Source: Azolla caroliniana
Taxonomy: Eukaryota > Plantae > Polypodiophyta
Length of the DNA stretch: 64,000 nt
Assembly (NCBI GenBank): GCA_043228905.1
Contig: JBHGNT010000011.1
Location: 20,088,001-20,152,000, forward strand
Direction: 5' to 3'
Each line of letters starts with the position of its first letter. Positions within the stretch are counted from its first letter, which is position 1. Below the pieces are notes generated by a model that had not been told where the DNA came from, searched no databases, and saw nothing but the letters and a program-made list of their open reading frames with translations. The translations under genes were made by a program, and so were the position numbers. Positions 12,606 through 26,900 of the stretch are shown here, in pieces.

Positions 12606-12699
12606 AATCCTCACCTTGGCACAATATCTTATCCTTCCAAATACAAATCTTCTCCAACAAACAAATAATAAAACAATGTGCCTTCAAATCTACGTTGTG

Positions 12700-15230
12700 A
12701 GGCGCCAACTTTAAATGTGTTGGATATTAACCAAGTCTAAACAATGTTCAAACTTGGCCCTTGTAACCACCTTGGTTAGCATATCTGCAAGATTCTCCTT
12801 AGTATCAATCTTCTAGAGAAGTATCTCCTCCTCTTCTAGAATTTCCCGCACAAAGTGATAACAAACATCAATGTGCTTCGTTTGTGAGTGAAAGACTTGG
12901 TTCTTGGCCAAATGAATGGCACTCTGACTGCTAGAATACACAATGTCATAAAGTTGTTTCTGACCAACTCCCAAGTCTTTAAGAAGCCCATGAAGCCAAA
13001 TTGATTCCTTCACAACCTCTGTAATTGCCATATACTCAACCTCTGTTGTAGCCAAAACCACAGTTGATTGCAAAGTGGACTTCAAACTAACTAGTGCCTT
13101 TGTCAAAGTGAATAAATAGCTAGTTGTAGATCGTCGCTTATCCAAATCACCTGCATAATTAGAATCACAATATCCAACTACTCATTTATCAAGTGATTTA
13201 TCCTGCTCAAAAGTCAATCCAACATCCACGGTATTTTGAAGATACCACATAATCCATTTCACAGCTTGCCAATGACCCTTTCCTGGATCATGCATATACC
13301 TGCTAACAATACTAACATCATGTGAAATATCGGGTCTTGTACACAACATTGCGTACATCAAGCTTCCAATTGCATTTGCAAACGAGACTTTTGCCTTGTA
13401 TTCTCGCTCTTCATCAATTGTTGGAGATAATCGACTACTTAGTTTCAAATGAGGAGCAAGTGGAGTACTTACAAGTTTTGTATCATTGTACATACCAAAA
13501 CGTTGTAGTCTCATCTTCAAATATTGCTTCTGTGACTACCAAAGTTTGCCCCTCTCTATATCTACTTATCTCCATGCCAAGAATCTTCTTGGCTTCCCCC
13601 AAATCCTTCATCTCAAACTCTTTACTCATCTGAGCCTTCAACTTGTCAATCTCACCTTAACTCTTTGCTGCAATCAGCATATCAACATATAAGAGTAAGT
13701 AAATGTATGAAGCAACTTGACGATTACGCAAATGCACACAATGATCGTATTTGCTTCTCTTGTACTTTTGTCCCTTCATGAACATATCAAATCGTTTGTA
13801 CCATTGTCTCAGAGATTGTTTTAGTCCTTACAATGATTTACTAAGTTTACAAACCCAATCTTCTTTACCAACAACCTTGTATCTTTCTAGCCGAGTCATA
13901 TAGATTTCCTCCTTCAAATCACCATGTAAGAAAGCGCTCTTCATATCAAGTTGAGCTAGCTCCAAATTCAAGTGTACTACAAAGGCCAACAAAATTCTAA
14001 TGGAGGAATGTTTACAACTGGAGAAAATACCTCATTATAATCGATTCCCTCCTTTTGAGCATAGCCTTTGGCTACCAACCTTGCCTTGTAGCAAATGTTT
14101 TATTTACTCGAAAATCCTTATTTCTTTGCAAATACCCATTTGCACCCAATTGCCTTTCTCCCTTTCAGTAGGTGTGTCAGCTTCCACGTCTTGTTTTTCT
14201 TAAGATATTGCATCTCTTCTTCCATTGCACTAGCCCAGTTGCCACTTTTTGTGTTCTGAATGATCATTGGGTAGGTGGATGGAACATTATCATCACAAAT
14301 TAGAAGTGCATAAGCTACCATGTCAAAGAAATGAGTAGGCTTCTAAATTACTCGTCTCTGTCTTTTTACTGCAATTGGTTATGATTGTTGCAAAGGTTCT
14401 TAGGTCGGAACCTCTTCCTCATCTGACTCTTTTTCTATCATAGGAGAGTCACTGGTGGTGCTTCGCCTTGGAGTCACCATTGTCTACTCAAAATCCGCCT
14501 GCTTCGGAGTACCCTCCTCATGCATTGTAGTATAATTTGGTTTTCCTAGACTTACCTTATTCAACATGGCAGATTCATCAAAGGTAACATCTCTATTGAT
14601 AATCGTCTTCTTTGCCTCAAGACACCACAAACGGTATCCCTTCACTCCAACATTGAAGCCCATGAAAAGAGTCTTCTTTGCTCGTGGATCCAACTTTGAT
14701 TCAGTCACATGATAATATGCAGTAGAACCAAAAATATGCAAAGTATCATAATTAGTTGCAAGTTTTCCAAACCATATACCTCTAATGGAGTTTTGCCACC
14801 TATAACAGACGATGGAAAATGATAGACGAGATGTTGAGCGTACGTCACAACCTCAAAAAATTTGCCTAATCTAGTGTTAGACAACATACAACGAACTTTC
14901 TCCACAAGTGTCTTGTTCATATGCTCTGACACCCCATTCTATTGTGGTGTTCTTCTAATGGTGAAATGCTGATTATGCCACAATCTTGGCAAGCTTCCAA
15001 AAACGGATCACTTAGACTTGTATTCTCCACCATTGTCTGTTCAGAGAACCTTGACCTTTCTCTTTGTCTGGTTTTCAACTTGAGCTTTCCACTTAAGGAA
15101 AACTCCAAGCACATCATTCTTGTTCTTCATCGTATACACCCAAACTCTCGTGGAAAAATCATCAGCAAAAGTTACAAAATAATGCCTACCTCCAATGGAT
15201 GGAGTCTTGGCGGGTCCCCACACATCCTCA
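12700..15230 (-). pseudogene. Copia pol remnant (integrase-RT-RNaseH), frameshifted
   Basis: ORF pieces 15041-15283, 14705-14932, 14484-14741, 14118-14321, 13182-13520 and 12813-13145 carry copia motifs. Confidence 0.9.
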
Positions 15231-15863
15231 TCCTCAAATTTAACATCTAAATTTAACAGGTCTACCACTAGTGATGTGTTCATTCATAGTAGTACCTGGT
15301 TTGTAGTCAAATCAAAACAACCTCTTCTTCATAAGGAGCTTATTCTAACCACTTTTTTTCAAAAATTTGCCCTCCAATGCCTTCCACAATTTGTGTGCAG
15401 AAGTCTCATTCTTGAAAGCATATTTCTGCTTTCTAAACATGCACGATTGACTTGTTCCGCATTCCAACCGATTAATGATGCTCCAATCTTTATTAAAATT
15501 TCTAGCTAAAGGTTCAAGTAAATATCAAGACCCTACCAAAAAAGACAGTTTAAAACCTCTCCATGCCACATGCCGAAATGACCAGTACCATCAAATATTT
15601 ATACCGCCAGTTTCAAACTGGACACCGGGAACCTTGACCATGATGACAACGAACCCGATGTTCCTAGTGGAATCTTTGACACAATATTCTTTGCCTTTTC
15701 ATCTCTTGATGTCATTACAAACTCGATAAATAATATTCAATATTACAACTATCAACAACTCTAGGTTTCAGAATGACCAAAGTAATTGTTTTCTTATGTG
15801 AAAGATTAGACAAAGTTGGGACCACAGAGCATACTCAGACAAAACCTTGGCTCTAATACCAAT

Positions 15864-16126
15864 TGTTGCGGAAGCGTCAAAATAACAATATATAACCAAG
15901 AATAAAGATATTAGATAGAGTAAGAAGGAGAGAGAAAACAACACCAAAATTTACCGAGGTTTGGCCAATTAAGCCTACGTCCTCCAAAGCAACATTCTCT
16001 ATTGAGGTTGGGAGAGAATAATACAAAATTGAGGATGTAAAACTAAGGAGAATGAGGTACATATTTATAACTCCCAAACCACCTCCCCAAACTATGTGGG
16101 ATAAAGAATGGGCGAAAAAGTTAACA
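15864..16126 (-). repeat. 5' LTR of copia element
   Basis: TGTTG...TTAACA, adjacent to the PBS. Confidence 0.93.
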
Positions 16127-18556
16127 TGAAGAGCATGATAGCGATATTTGTGATCAATTTGAAGGATCATGTTTTTTGCCACTTGCAAAGTCGTTCCTTA
16201 CTCAAGGTTGTAAGGCTTCTAAGTCGTATGCTTCGGATAATCAATCAATCATAAAGGGAAGGCATCTACTGAACATCAATTACAGATGGGATACTTTTGC
16301 TTCATGCATGTACTCAATACCATGAAACAATGTAAAATGTACATTGGATTGGATTTAGCATGCATAACAGTTGAGGATAAAATTGAATTACAACAACAAG
16401 CTACAATTTAGTCTCAACACCATATCCGAGAAAGGCCATTTCAAGATCTTGAACCTTTTTAAGCACTTCAAATATTTCCAACTTATCTTACTCCCATTAT
16501 TGGAAAGAGGTTATAAGTGGCAAATGTTTAGGTTTCTTACTAGAGAAAATGTCATAACTTTCCCATTAGAATTTCAAACTAGGTGAGCTCCTTAGTTTTT
16601 TCCAATGGATGCTCTCACTAAGATTTTCACCACAATACATATTTACTTGAACCTTTAGCTAGATTTATCTATTGAGGATGAGGAGCTTCTCACACTATAA
16701 TATAACTAGAATGTGAAACATTCATTCATTATCATCCAACGATGCTCCTTCTTGTTAATTACGAGAGGCACTAACCTCAAACAACTTCTCAAGTCAAACA
16801 CACACCAATCCTCCCATGGCCACTTAAGTCGATATATATGCTCTCTAGTTAAGGACATACGGAATCCTATTAGAACTAAATACTTTGACAACATTTTCTT
16901 AACGGAACCGTGGAAGTGGTTGTCTATTTTGTAGCATTCATGATGAAAAAATATTAGTATCATCTATGATATAATAATAATAAATGATTTTATAACTTCA
17001 TTGGGCTCTCGTTGAAGAATAGGTAAAATTTCATATTGGGCTATACACTCCAGGTCTAGTTAAATTTCCATTTGAGGAGATGGTATTTAGTTTGTTGTTG
17101 TCATCAAAGTCATCCCATTACGCAAGAACAATATTTTCAATGTTGGATGTTGTAGAAAATCCTTATTTGAAATTGTTGCTACACTTTTTGGAAATCATAC
17201 TAGGTACAAATAGGAAAATATTGCACATATTCACGAGTAAACATAGTTTCCGTTTTAGTTAACATGTACACTTTGGTTCCATAATGCAAAGGAAGCTTCG
17301 ACTTCAAGCCATACTTTAATCTAGGGTGTTGTCCTTTAGGAATGGAAACAAAAAGAGAACTTGCACTTAATTTCCAAGACAAACATAAAAGTATGAATAG
17401 CCCGAGCTTTAGCAATTATGCTCCTTGGTTATCCCCATGAAAGTGATATTCTATGAGAGATAGCTAGGTTTTATTAGTAAGGCTTCCTACCGATAGATGA
17501 TTATGTAACGATGCTAAAGAATTGCAAAGTTACCAAGTGCCAATAAATTAAATCACGAAACACATTTAAATTTAATGGAATTAATTATCAACAAATACTT
17601 GCAAAATTTGGAGGTTTGTCACTTGACCCGTGATGAAACCTCGCCTAGTTTTTAAAAGTATATACAAACATCGCACACAAAAATTACGCGCGAATTCATG
17701 TTTTGGTAACATGTGGGTCCAGGAATTTGGGTTTCGCGCGAAGAAGTGATCAGCCTCTATTGTTCAGCATGAGTACTTGTTTTAAGAGTGCCAGATACAC
17801 ACACACACACACACCATTCTTAGCATTGTTTACGACAGCATCATCATCATCATCGATAATGTGAGACAAAATGTTTGGATAAAAAAGGATAAGAAAAACA
17901 AAAGGGGAAGAAGTATTTTTGGGATGATTCTATGATACACACACACATATTTATTTATTTATTTATTATTATATTAATTTATATATATATGAAAACGGGG
18001 GGCGATGGGCATGAGTAATCTTCCTGTCCTGGTGCCGCATGGTCCCTCCATCTACCAATGGTTTGAACTGGTCCTGCAAGTTTCCATTCCATTTGAGGAA
18101 ATGCAAAAGAAAATGATGGGGGGAGTGGAGGCGTGTGTTGGGACAACGCATGAGGCCTCTGCCTTTTTGCAGCAAAATTTTATATTTAAAAAACACACCC
18201 CAAATCTTCTACACACAAAAGAACAAGGAATTCAACCCCCCCCCCCCCCCCCCCCCCCCCAAAATATATATATATATAGAAAAAAAAAACACACTCAAAT
18301 TCAACCAACATAAGATTAGATTTTATTTTTGAATTAGCTAGCTGGTTCACATGTCATCTCCCTGAATCTTCTGAATCCATCAAACATAATTGAGATGAAC
18401 AAACCTACGACTGAGATAAGTAATTAAGTAAGTAATTGTGCCCTTCCCCACCTTCTCCTGTTTATGAGCTCTTAAATTTTATTCCAAATCACCATATTTG
18501 TGTGCTTGTGATCGACAAATTCAGGCCTCATGGGCGTTGACAATGCTAATAGTTGG

Positions 18557-18561
<5 letters not shown>

Positions 18562-18603
<42 letters not shown>
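18562..18603. repeat. (TC)n microsatellite upstream of the LPR-like gene
   Basis: Continuous TC run, followed by a TATA-like TATATA at about 18618. Confidence 0.9.
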
Positions 18604-18609
<6 letters not shown>

Positions 18610-18742
18610 GTCACCTCTATATATCCTATTTATATGACTTGAATGTAATGTCAACTCTACACCCCTTTGCAACCATCTCTCCTTCCCTCTCTCTCCCAAT
18701 CCTCCCTCCCCATCCATCACATTCTTCTTCAACTACTCTTCC

Positions 18743-21053
18743 ATGGCAAGGAAGAGGCAGTGCACTTCCAATAATTATGTGAATGTCTCACACCTCAATG
18801 CCCCTGCCCTTACCCTGTGCTTCTTTCTGGCCCTCTTCCTACTCCTTATCTCCCCATCACACTCCACTGATGAGCACGAGACCGCAGACACACTTGCTGC
18901 CACCGCCACCAGCCTCGAGATGTTTGTTGACAAGCTTCCGAGAATGCCCATTATCAATGGCTACACCCTAGCATCGGATGGACGCTTTTCGCCAGCCCAT
19001 CTCACCATTGGCATGTACCTCAAGAAATGGGTAACCCACACAATCTCTAGATGTGTAATATTAAGTCTGAATTTCTTTACAGTAATGTCAAAAACCCACC
19101 CATGCAAGTTGTCCTTGATATATGATCCCAATATATACATATAGATACTAGATAGATAGATACATATGCTTCTCATCATATGGATTGAAATTGATACAAA
19201 CCTTGGGTTGCAGAAATTCCATAGAGACCTTCCATTATCCGATGTGTTTGCATATGGGAGGTCAAAGGAGGAGGCCACAGTGCCTGGCCCAACCATCAAG
19301 GCCATGGTGGGGGTGAAGACATATGTGAAGTGGGAGAATCACCTTCCTGACCACCACCTCTTCGTGGTCGATCCCACGCTGGGCGAGCCCAACAGCTCTC
19401 TACCGGGCGTTCCCACCGTCGTCCATGTGCACGGGGCTGCTTCCGAACCACACAGTGATGGGAATGCGTTCGCATGGTTCACTCGTGATTTCCAGCGCAA
19501 AGGCTCCCGGTGGACCAAGCAAGTGTACGAGTACGATAATGTAGAAGAAACGAGCGGTACCTGGTACCACGACCATGCCGATGCTTACACGCGTTTGAAC
19601 CTCTTGGCAGGCCTTGTGGGTGTTTATAAGGTAGTCAATCCCCAACTCGAAAACCATACCTGGAAGCTTCCCCATAAGAGGTTCGAGGTGGAGCTCGTGG
19701 TTATGGATCATGCCTTTACCAGGAAGGGCCAAATCTACATGAATGCAACAGGAAACAATCCCCATATCCACCCTCAATGGCAGGTTATGTATCTGCACAT
19801 ATATATATGTATATACGTGTATGTATGTATGAATATTTAGGCTTGTGTGTGTGTCTGATCTCTTTCATTCCCATACATTAGAATGCAGAGCTATTTGTGT
19901 TGACACCATTGTTGGATGTATGTACTTACCATTCATTCAGCCCGAGTACTTCGGAGATGTTATTGTGGTGAATGGGAAGGCATGGCCGTATTTCAAGGTT
20001 CAGCGAAGAAAATACCGATTCCGAATCATCAATGCTAGCAACGCGAGGTTCTACAGGTTTGCCTTGGATAATGGCATGCATTTCGTCCAGATCGGAGCTG
20101 ATAGCTTCTACCTCGAGAGACCTGTCCACGTGAAAGAGCTCCTGATGGCACCATCCGAGAGTGTAGATGTCATCCTGGATTTCTCGACATCGAATTCCAG
20201 TGTTGCAATTCTCACAAACAATGCATCGTATCCCTTCCCGGATGGAGATCCGGTGAACGAGCGGAACAGCATGATCATGAAGTTCGTGATCGAGAACCGA
20301 ACTTCACAAGAGAGAGCTCGAATCCCCGAGTACCTCATGAAAGTAGAGAGACTGTCATCATCGAACGTGACTCATGAAATCAGGGACATAATATTTTCAG
20401 AGTTCACAACCCCGGAAGATGAACCCACACATCTCTTGATCAATTTCCGGTGGTTTACAGATCCGGTGACAGAGACACCCCGCCTGGGAAGCACCGAGAT
20501 GTGGCGCATCATCAACCTCACACCCGACAACCACCCCCTCCATGTGCATCTTGTGGGTTTCCAGGTGATACATGAGCAGAAGCTCAATGACACCTTGGAT
20601 GATCTCATGAACTGTGTGGCGGAGCATCAGAGTGTGAAAGGTTGCAATCTCGAGAGCTTCTTTGATGGGCCTCCCCAGCCACCCCCAGCCAATGAAGCTG
20701 GCTTCAAGAATGTCTACAAGATGAAACCCTTCCATGTGACCTCCATACTGATTCGGTTTTCGCTGCTCAACGGCCGCCCTTTCCCCTTCGATCCCACCGG
20801 AGCCCCTGGTTATGCATACCATTGCCATGTGATCTCTCTCTCTCTCTCTCTCAAAGCAAACTATGTCATTATTGTTCGAAAAGAAAATTTTAGTATACAC
20901 ATTAATTTCACTACTGCAAAATTAATCTCATTTTAATCCGGGAAAACCATCATTATCTTCCATAATTTCTGATTTCTAATCTCCTCATGCATCATGCAGA
21001 TACTCGACCATGAAGACAATGCTATGATGAGGCCTTACCAGATCACCCACTAA
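18743..21053 (+). CDS. LPR1: LPR1/LPR2-like multicopper oxidase (ferroxidase, CotA-type), 4 exons, 599 aa
   Basis: Exons 18743-19030, 19214-19783, 19941-20828 and 21000-21053 (GT-AG, phase 0, 1800 nt). N-terminal hydrophobic segment, LEMFVDKLP, Cu-binding motifs HVHG, WYHDH, HPLHVH and HCHILDHEDNAMMRP, plus WQPEYFGD. Confidence 0.95.
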
Positions 21054-23178
21054 ATATTGGCACCCACTTTGAGAGGAGGGCAACAGGTCCATTGCTTGCT
21101 CTCATTGGAAATAATGGATTTAGTACAACATACATAATTCGTTCCTTGTTTCTAATGAGTTCCTTCTGTAATACAATTGTAAATGAGCCTAATGTATGAA
21201 TAGTGCACTTCCGTTACCTGTGTCAAAACTAATGACCTCGATTATAGCTTGGAGGGTCATACACATACATCTACCATATGTACATAGCAGTAAGTTCTGA
21301 TTAATATTTAATAAAGTTATATGTACATAAAATGTCACTTGGACTGTGGGTTTCGCTGCCTTAAGATCAATTTAACTGTAGACTATGATACTACCATTGA
21401 TGCGCATAAGAAAGCATCAGAGTTCAAACATTACTTTTACTATTCATGATCATGATAGCAGACATTAGATCTATCACTAAACATTATAATTCTACCACAG
21501 CTACATTAAATACAGAATTTTTTATTGTGGCAAGACTTATTACAAAAGTAGTCTTTCTAATAATGCAGACACAAAATAAAACCAGACATTAGCAAATACA
21601 GATGAAAAAGATAAACACAGACTATGTCAGTACTGAGAGTCGAGCACCAAAAAATCACTTCAATTAAGGAGATACTATGCCATAAATTCACTCCATAGAG
21701 GAGTCTTCCTCTGACTAGGCAAACTTCTTAATCTTAGTGTCACCTTAACCTTTATGATACCCTCCATCTCTTGATTGAACGTTCTGATTCTATCTTTCCC
21801 TGAGGAATTAATGCATGTGAATAATAGTTACACATACACATACACATACACGTATGAAAACAAAATCATTCAGCCAAAAAAACTAATGAACAATTCAATA
21901 CACAAGAATGCCGGAATGTGCTGCACAGACAGGAATGGTCCAGGAATGGTCCAATCAATTAAACAGGCAAGAGAAGTAGAAATACTTAAAATGTATTACG
22001 AATCAAGAAATGCGAACTCAACAATAAAAAGGGAAAAAATCGCAATGAGAAAGTATTTGCTTTGATTAAAAGTTAAACGGCAATGTCATGATGAGGCAAC
22101 TAGGTAGTTTTTTATACTGCTTCAAACGATGGACAAGATAATCATTCATGAGAAGATTACCTAATACTAATAAAATTATCTGCCTTGTTAGGTAGACAGA
22201 ATGATACAGAAACATTGTAGCGGAGTGCCAGAGGGGCGATTACAATTGATCACTTTTGATTCTTGAGCATTGGAATACATACATAGTACATAAGCTTTCA
22301 ATATTGGACCACCGCGCAAATTAAATAATGACATGATATCACCTAAACATTGAGGAGAATATTGGTCTTCCTTGCCATGAATCGAAAGAATTCCATTAGC
22401 AAATCCAAGGTTAGAGTTTGCATTAATTTTTTACTTTACCCCCATTAACTCCAAGGTCATAATAGTTTCCGCATTCGCACATCAGTTCATAGGGCCGAAA
22501 ATTCCATGAACTAATGGACGCCAATCATTCGCCAATTGAAAAACCACAACTATGCATATATAAGACAAGGTAGTCACGAGAGTTGTACACCACTATGGGA
22601 CACACTCATACATAAACATTCAATTCATTCCATGAGGCTCAATTGGAATAACGGTTCATGTGTCTCATTTGCTCTGATGAAGATGAAGACTTGTCAATGG
22701 GTTGTCATTATGTGTTAATTCTCTTCGATTTGACCAATTTTTCGTTCTTCAAAGTTTAGTAATAGTATCTTCATACAATAACCCATTAAATGATGTTCTA
22801 CATCAAACACGTTGTTTTGATAATATTGATCCTCTTAATGGCAAGGTGGTTAACCTATGTTGACCTCACAATAGTGGTTGAACATAAAGATAACCCCTAT
22901 GAGGACAAGGTAGCCAGCCACAAGACACAACTCTTACATTGGGAACGTGAACATGCCCATGCCTTGTCTCATCTATATCTAGTTCTATGGACAAACTTAT
23001 GCCCTACCGTCTATCAATTGACATGATATAATTGATTGTACATTTGCTCCATCTCAATAATTGAGAACAAGTGTAGATAAGATAATAATTAAGGTCAACC
23101 CCTAGGAGGACCTCATTCGACCTAGCATGAAAGAATTTATAGGACTAATCATTAATGATCTAGTTCCTGCTTCGTTTC

Positions 23179-23540
23179 CATAAACTAGGATTGCTGATAT
23201 TTATGCATAACGAGGTCTTGTAGAGCTTGTGGTGCATGCAAACCATGGACGTATAAATAGGACTAACAACAAATGTTCTCCTATTTCTTATTTCATTTCT
23301 ATCAACCAGGATTTGCTTATATTTATTCATGATGGGGTCCTGTAGAGTTCGTGGTGCATGCAACCCATGGACATAAACTAGGATTGCTGATATTCATGCA
23401 TAATGAGGTCTTGTAGCGCTTGTGGTGGATGCAGCCCATGGATGTATAAATAGGACTAACAATGAATGTTCTCCTATTTCTTATTTCATTTCTATCAACC
23501 AGGATTTGCTTATATTTATTCATGATGGGGTCCTGTAGAG
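23179..23540. repeat. Tandem duplication, period about 193 bp
   Basis: CATAAACTAGGATTGCTGATATT... starts at 23179 and 23372. Confidence 0.88.
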
Positions 23541-23900
23541 ATTGTAGTAATGTAAATTGTATATCCATTAACCAAAGGATTCCTCAACGAAGTTGTAAGC
23601 ATTCACGGAATTGGCTCAAAAGCTTTCATCTTCATAGAGAGGATAGTTTGTATAGCTTTTTACATTACTATAGAAACCATGAAGATCTTCTTGCTGTTGA
23701 CATATATAGTATTATCCTCCAATAATCAATTTGTTTTTGACAAGGCAAATATCTAGGTACACAATAGAAGTTTTTATACTTTAAAATTACTGAACTCAAT
23801 TGAATATATTACAATTGGCTACATATGGAGTAAAGAGCGAGGAAGGAATACATTCAACCTCTATGCGTTCCATATAAACAAAACTCAATACAAGCATGAG

Positions 23901-26900
23901 CTAGGCTGATCCTGTGATGAGTAGCTCCTGTTTGTCTAGCTTCCTAACTTTCAAGAGCCCGATCAAGATTTGCAATCCAAGTAATGCACTAACTGAAAAT
24001 GCAGCCACTGCGTGTACCTTTTAATGAAATACACGTTTCAAAGGACTTTAGATGACATCACTTATAAAATTCTAAAAAAATATAATATATGATTCAGACT
24101 AGCAAAAACCACCAAAATACCTCTGAACTAGCTGTCCATGTTTTCTCCAGAATACCCCCAAGTTTTCAAATTTTACTAGAATATACACCTGTGTAGGAAA
24201 CTTTTGAAGTGGACACAGTATTCTTGGTAATTTTTGAAAACTTCCGAGTGTTCTGGAGGTATTCTAGAGAATCATGTAACGGTAGGTTTTTATGTCATCA
24301 GAATATACTTAACTCTGAGGTTTTAGATTTAGGGTTAGTATATACTTACTTTGAGTGCATTGAAGTGCAGCAATGCAGCAAGGTTCAGCAAAGTTCCAGC
24401 TAAAATACCCTGAATTTCATCAGCATGTAAAAATTCAAAATTCTTCATGAAACAAAAGATAATAAAAGTTTATTTTTACCAGAATATGGTAATCCCAATC
24501 TTTACATTGGCTTAGGTGGGAAAGACAAAATACCCTCTGTCAGTGATGTAAACTAGTAAAATCAATTCAACTCTAAGTTAGTACCTGTCCTATAGTCTTT
24601 TGCACGGTTGCAACTCGCTTAAATGCTCGTTCTGATTCCAGTGTACGAACCCGAAGCTTCAAATCTCCTTGCTCCTGAGGAAAGATTTTGCATTTTTGCG
24701 TGTCATCATGTGAGCAAATCTTGAATAAATGTTACTTTTCTCGAATAACCAAACAAAAGCTTACAATCCGCTGAATAACTTCTGCCAGTTTTTCTACTCG
24801 ATCGGCTTGGCGAAATAGATTAGCAAATGCTTGAGATTGTCTATTCCATCGTTTAGTGAAATCCTATATGTTGCCAATTCACTAATCAGCCATAGCAGAA
24901 AACTTGGTTCCTATAAATATTCTCCAAACAAACCCTACCCTAATGAAAACATCAGCACCAACTTCCCGGAATTTCAGTATCTCCAGAGCATACCTGAAAA
25001 AATTATGATATAGAGCAGTTAAGGGGACTACCCATGGCACTAATACCAATCGACATTGCAGGATTAATTTCCTTACGGTCTTGCAATTTCTGATATATCG
25101 AATCTTGGATCTAGACCTTTGCCAATGCCGTCCAACACTAACAATCAAACAGCAGAAGAGTAAGCATGTTGGATTCTAAACTGATAAACAGGTCCTGCAG
25201 ATGCAAGTTCATATACCTGAAAAAGCTCGTACAACAAATGTGAATGTTGCTGGAAATCGAAAAGGTTGGTCCACAGAGATTGACAGAAGGTCCTCACCTA
25301 TACAAGAGCAGATAACAAGGAAAATCCAACATCATTGTCATCTATTGAAATTTTCCGTTGCATGCGACAACTGTATTTCAACATCTTAATAAGTGCTTAA
25401 TCTTGATGTATTACATGTCAGATAATGGTCAAAACTCCATGACGTTGGCATCTAATGAATCATTAATTTTATGCCATCAAAAGTAAAAGACATCTTAATA
25501 AAGGCGTTTTTTATGTATCGAAACCCAGCAGACAGTCAAAGAATTAATTGGGAATCAGGTTTTTGAAGTCGCCTATGAGCAACATATACAAGTAAATGCC
25601 AATATTTGAAAGGAAATTGAGGTGCCAAACTTAATTATTTGGCACAATACACTATGACTATAATGTAAAATCAAGTACGGCACCAAGAAAAGAGAAGTTA
25701 ATACATTTAATAAAGAAATACAATAGCAAGGTTTTATAAATACAAAGAAAACTATATAATATAATATTATACATACATACATACATACATACACACACAC
25801 ATGTATATGTGCAAAAACCACTATATGTGAATACAAAGCATATGCAATCCTATCCTTTATGATAAGGTCAATGAAAACATAGAGCAGAACCACCAGCATA
25901 GTTCCAGACCAGAGACAGCCTTACCAATTGCGGCAAGGCGCATCTTCTTCTTTTCTAATTTCTCTTCCTTTGATAATGGTTTCTTGAAACCCAAGGGACT
26001 CGTGGCTGCTTCTTTCTCTGCTTTTTGTGCACTTAATCGTTCCTCAAAACTGCAAGAAACAACATATATGCTTAACAATTACCAACTTTAAAACATCTTG
26101 CAATTCAACCTAATGGCACAAGAATATCCAAGATACATATCAAAAGTATGAGAAAACACATTCAAAAAAGAACCCTCCTTAACAATTATCAAATTTAAAA
26201 GATCTTGCAATTTGGCTCTATATGCCAAAAGAAAATAAAAAAATAGCTATCAATCATATGTAAAGACCTGTTCAAAAAGAACTGTGCTGTTCGTCTAACA
26301 GCAGTCATATCTCCAGTTGGGACAAGAACCCCCATTTGAACCATTGATTGGAGAACCTTTTACAGTTAAATAAACAAGAGGTGATGTTAGTTAAATAAGT
26401 TTATGTAACAGGTTTTGCCTCTTCACTCGGAAAAATCTGGGTCAAGCTTACTCACTTTGTCTGGATCTTTCTCATACACTCCATAGAATGTTTCAAGCAA
26501 GCCTTCTCTTATGTTTGGGCTGATGCTGCACTTCAGAAAAAAAATCTAAGTGTCTGGAATATCAATGGATGAACCATAGGCACTAACCCAATATCATAAT
26601 CAACCTTCCCATCATGCCAAAATCATAAAAGATGAGGCGTCCTCCATTTGTATCATCTACAGCGATGTTTCCTGGATGCTGATAACCGCCACAGACCGTA
26701 AGATATGAATAACAAACGTAAGAATTTTATGCATTTCATACAACACAAAATAAGCTTACTGGATCTGCATGAAAAAAACCATGCCTCAAAATTTGCTCCA
26801 AATATGATTCTACAGCATATCTAGCTAGCCTGCAATCAATACATATCTCAGTAAATTTGAAGAGGTTTCTCCTAAAACAGTTCAATGGTTCAGTAGCCAT

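Larger units (their letters stand above)
12344..16126 (-). mobile_element. Ty1/copia LTR retrotransposon, internally deleted and decayed
   Basis: TG...CA LTRs at 12344-12605 and 15864-16126; 5-bp TSD TGAAG on both sides. tRNA-Met-type PBS TGGTATTAGAGC at about 15850-15861 and PPT at about 12606-12617. Integrase (DVWGPA..GGRHYFVTFADDFS), RT (AIGCKWVF, YAMLCTRPDI) and RNaseH (QSTVVLATTEVEY..KHIDV) occur in copia order. Confidence 0.96.

Noticed and set aside
17658-17665. P1BS (GTATATAC) about 1.1 kb upstream of the LPR-like gene
   Set aside because: A single degenerate 8-mer is expected by chance in AT-rich DNA.
19400-20900. Antisense ORFs over the LPR exons
   Set aside because: Shadow ORFs of a GC-rich coding region with no recognisable motifs.
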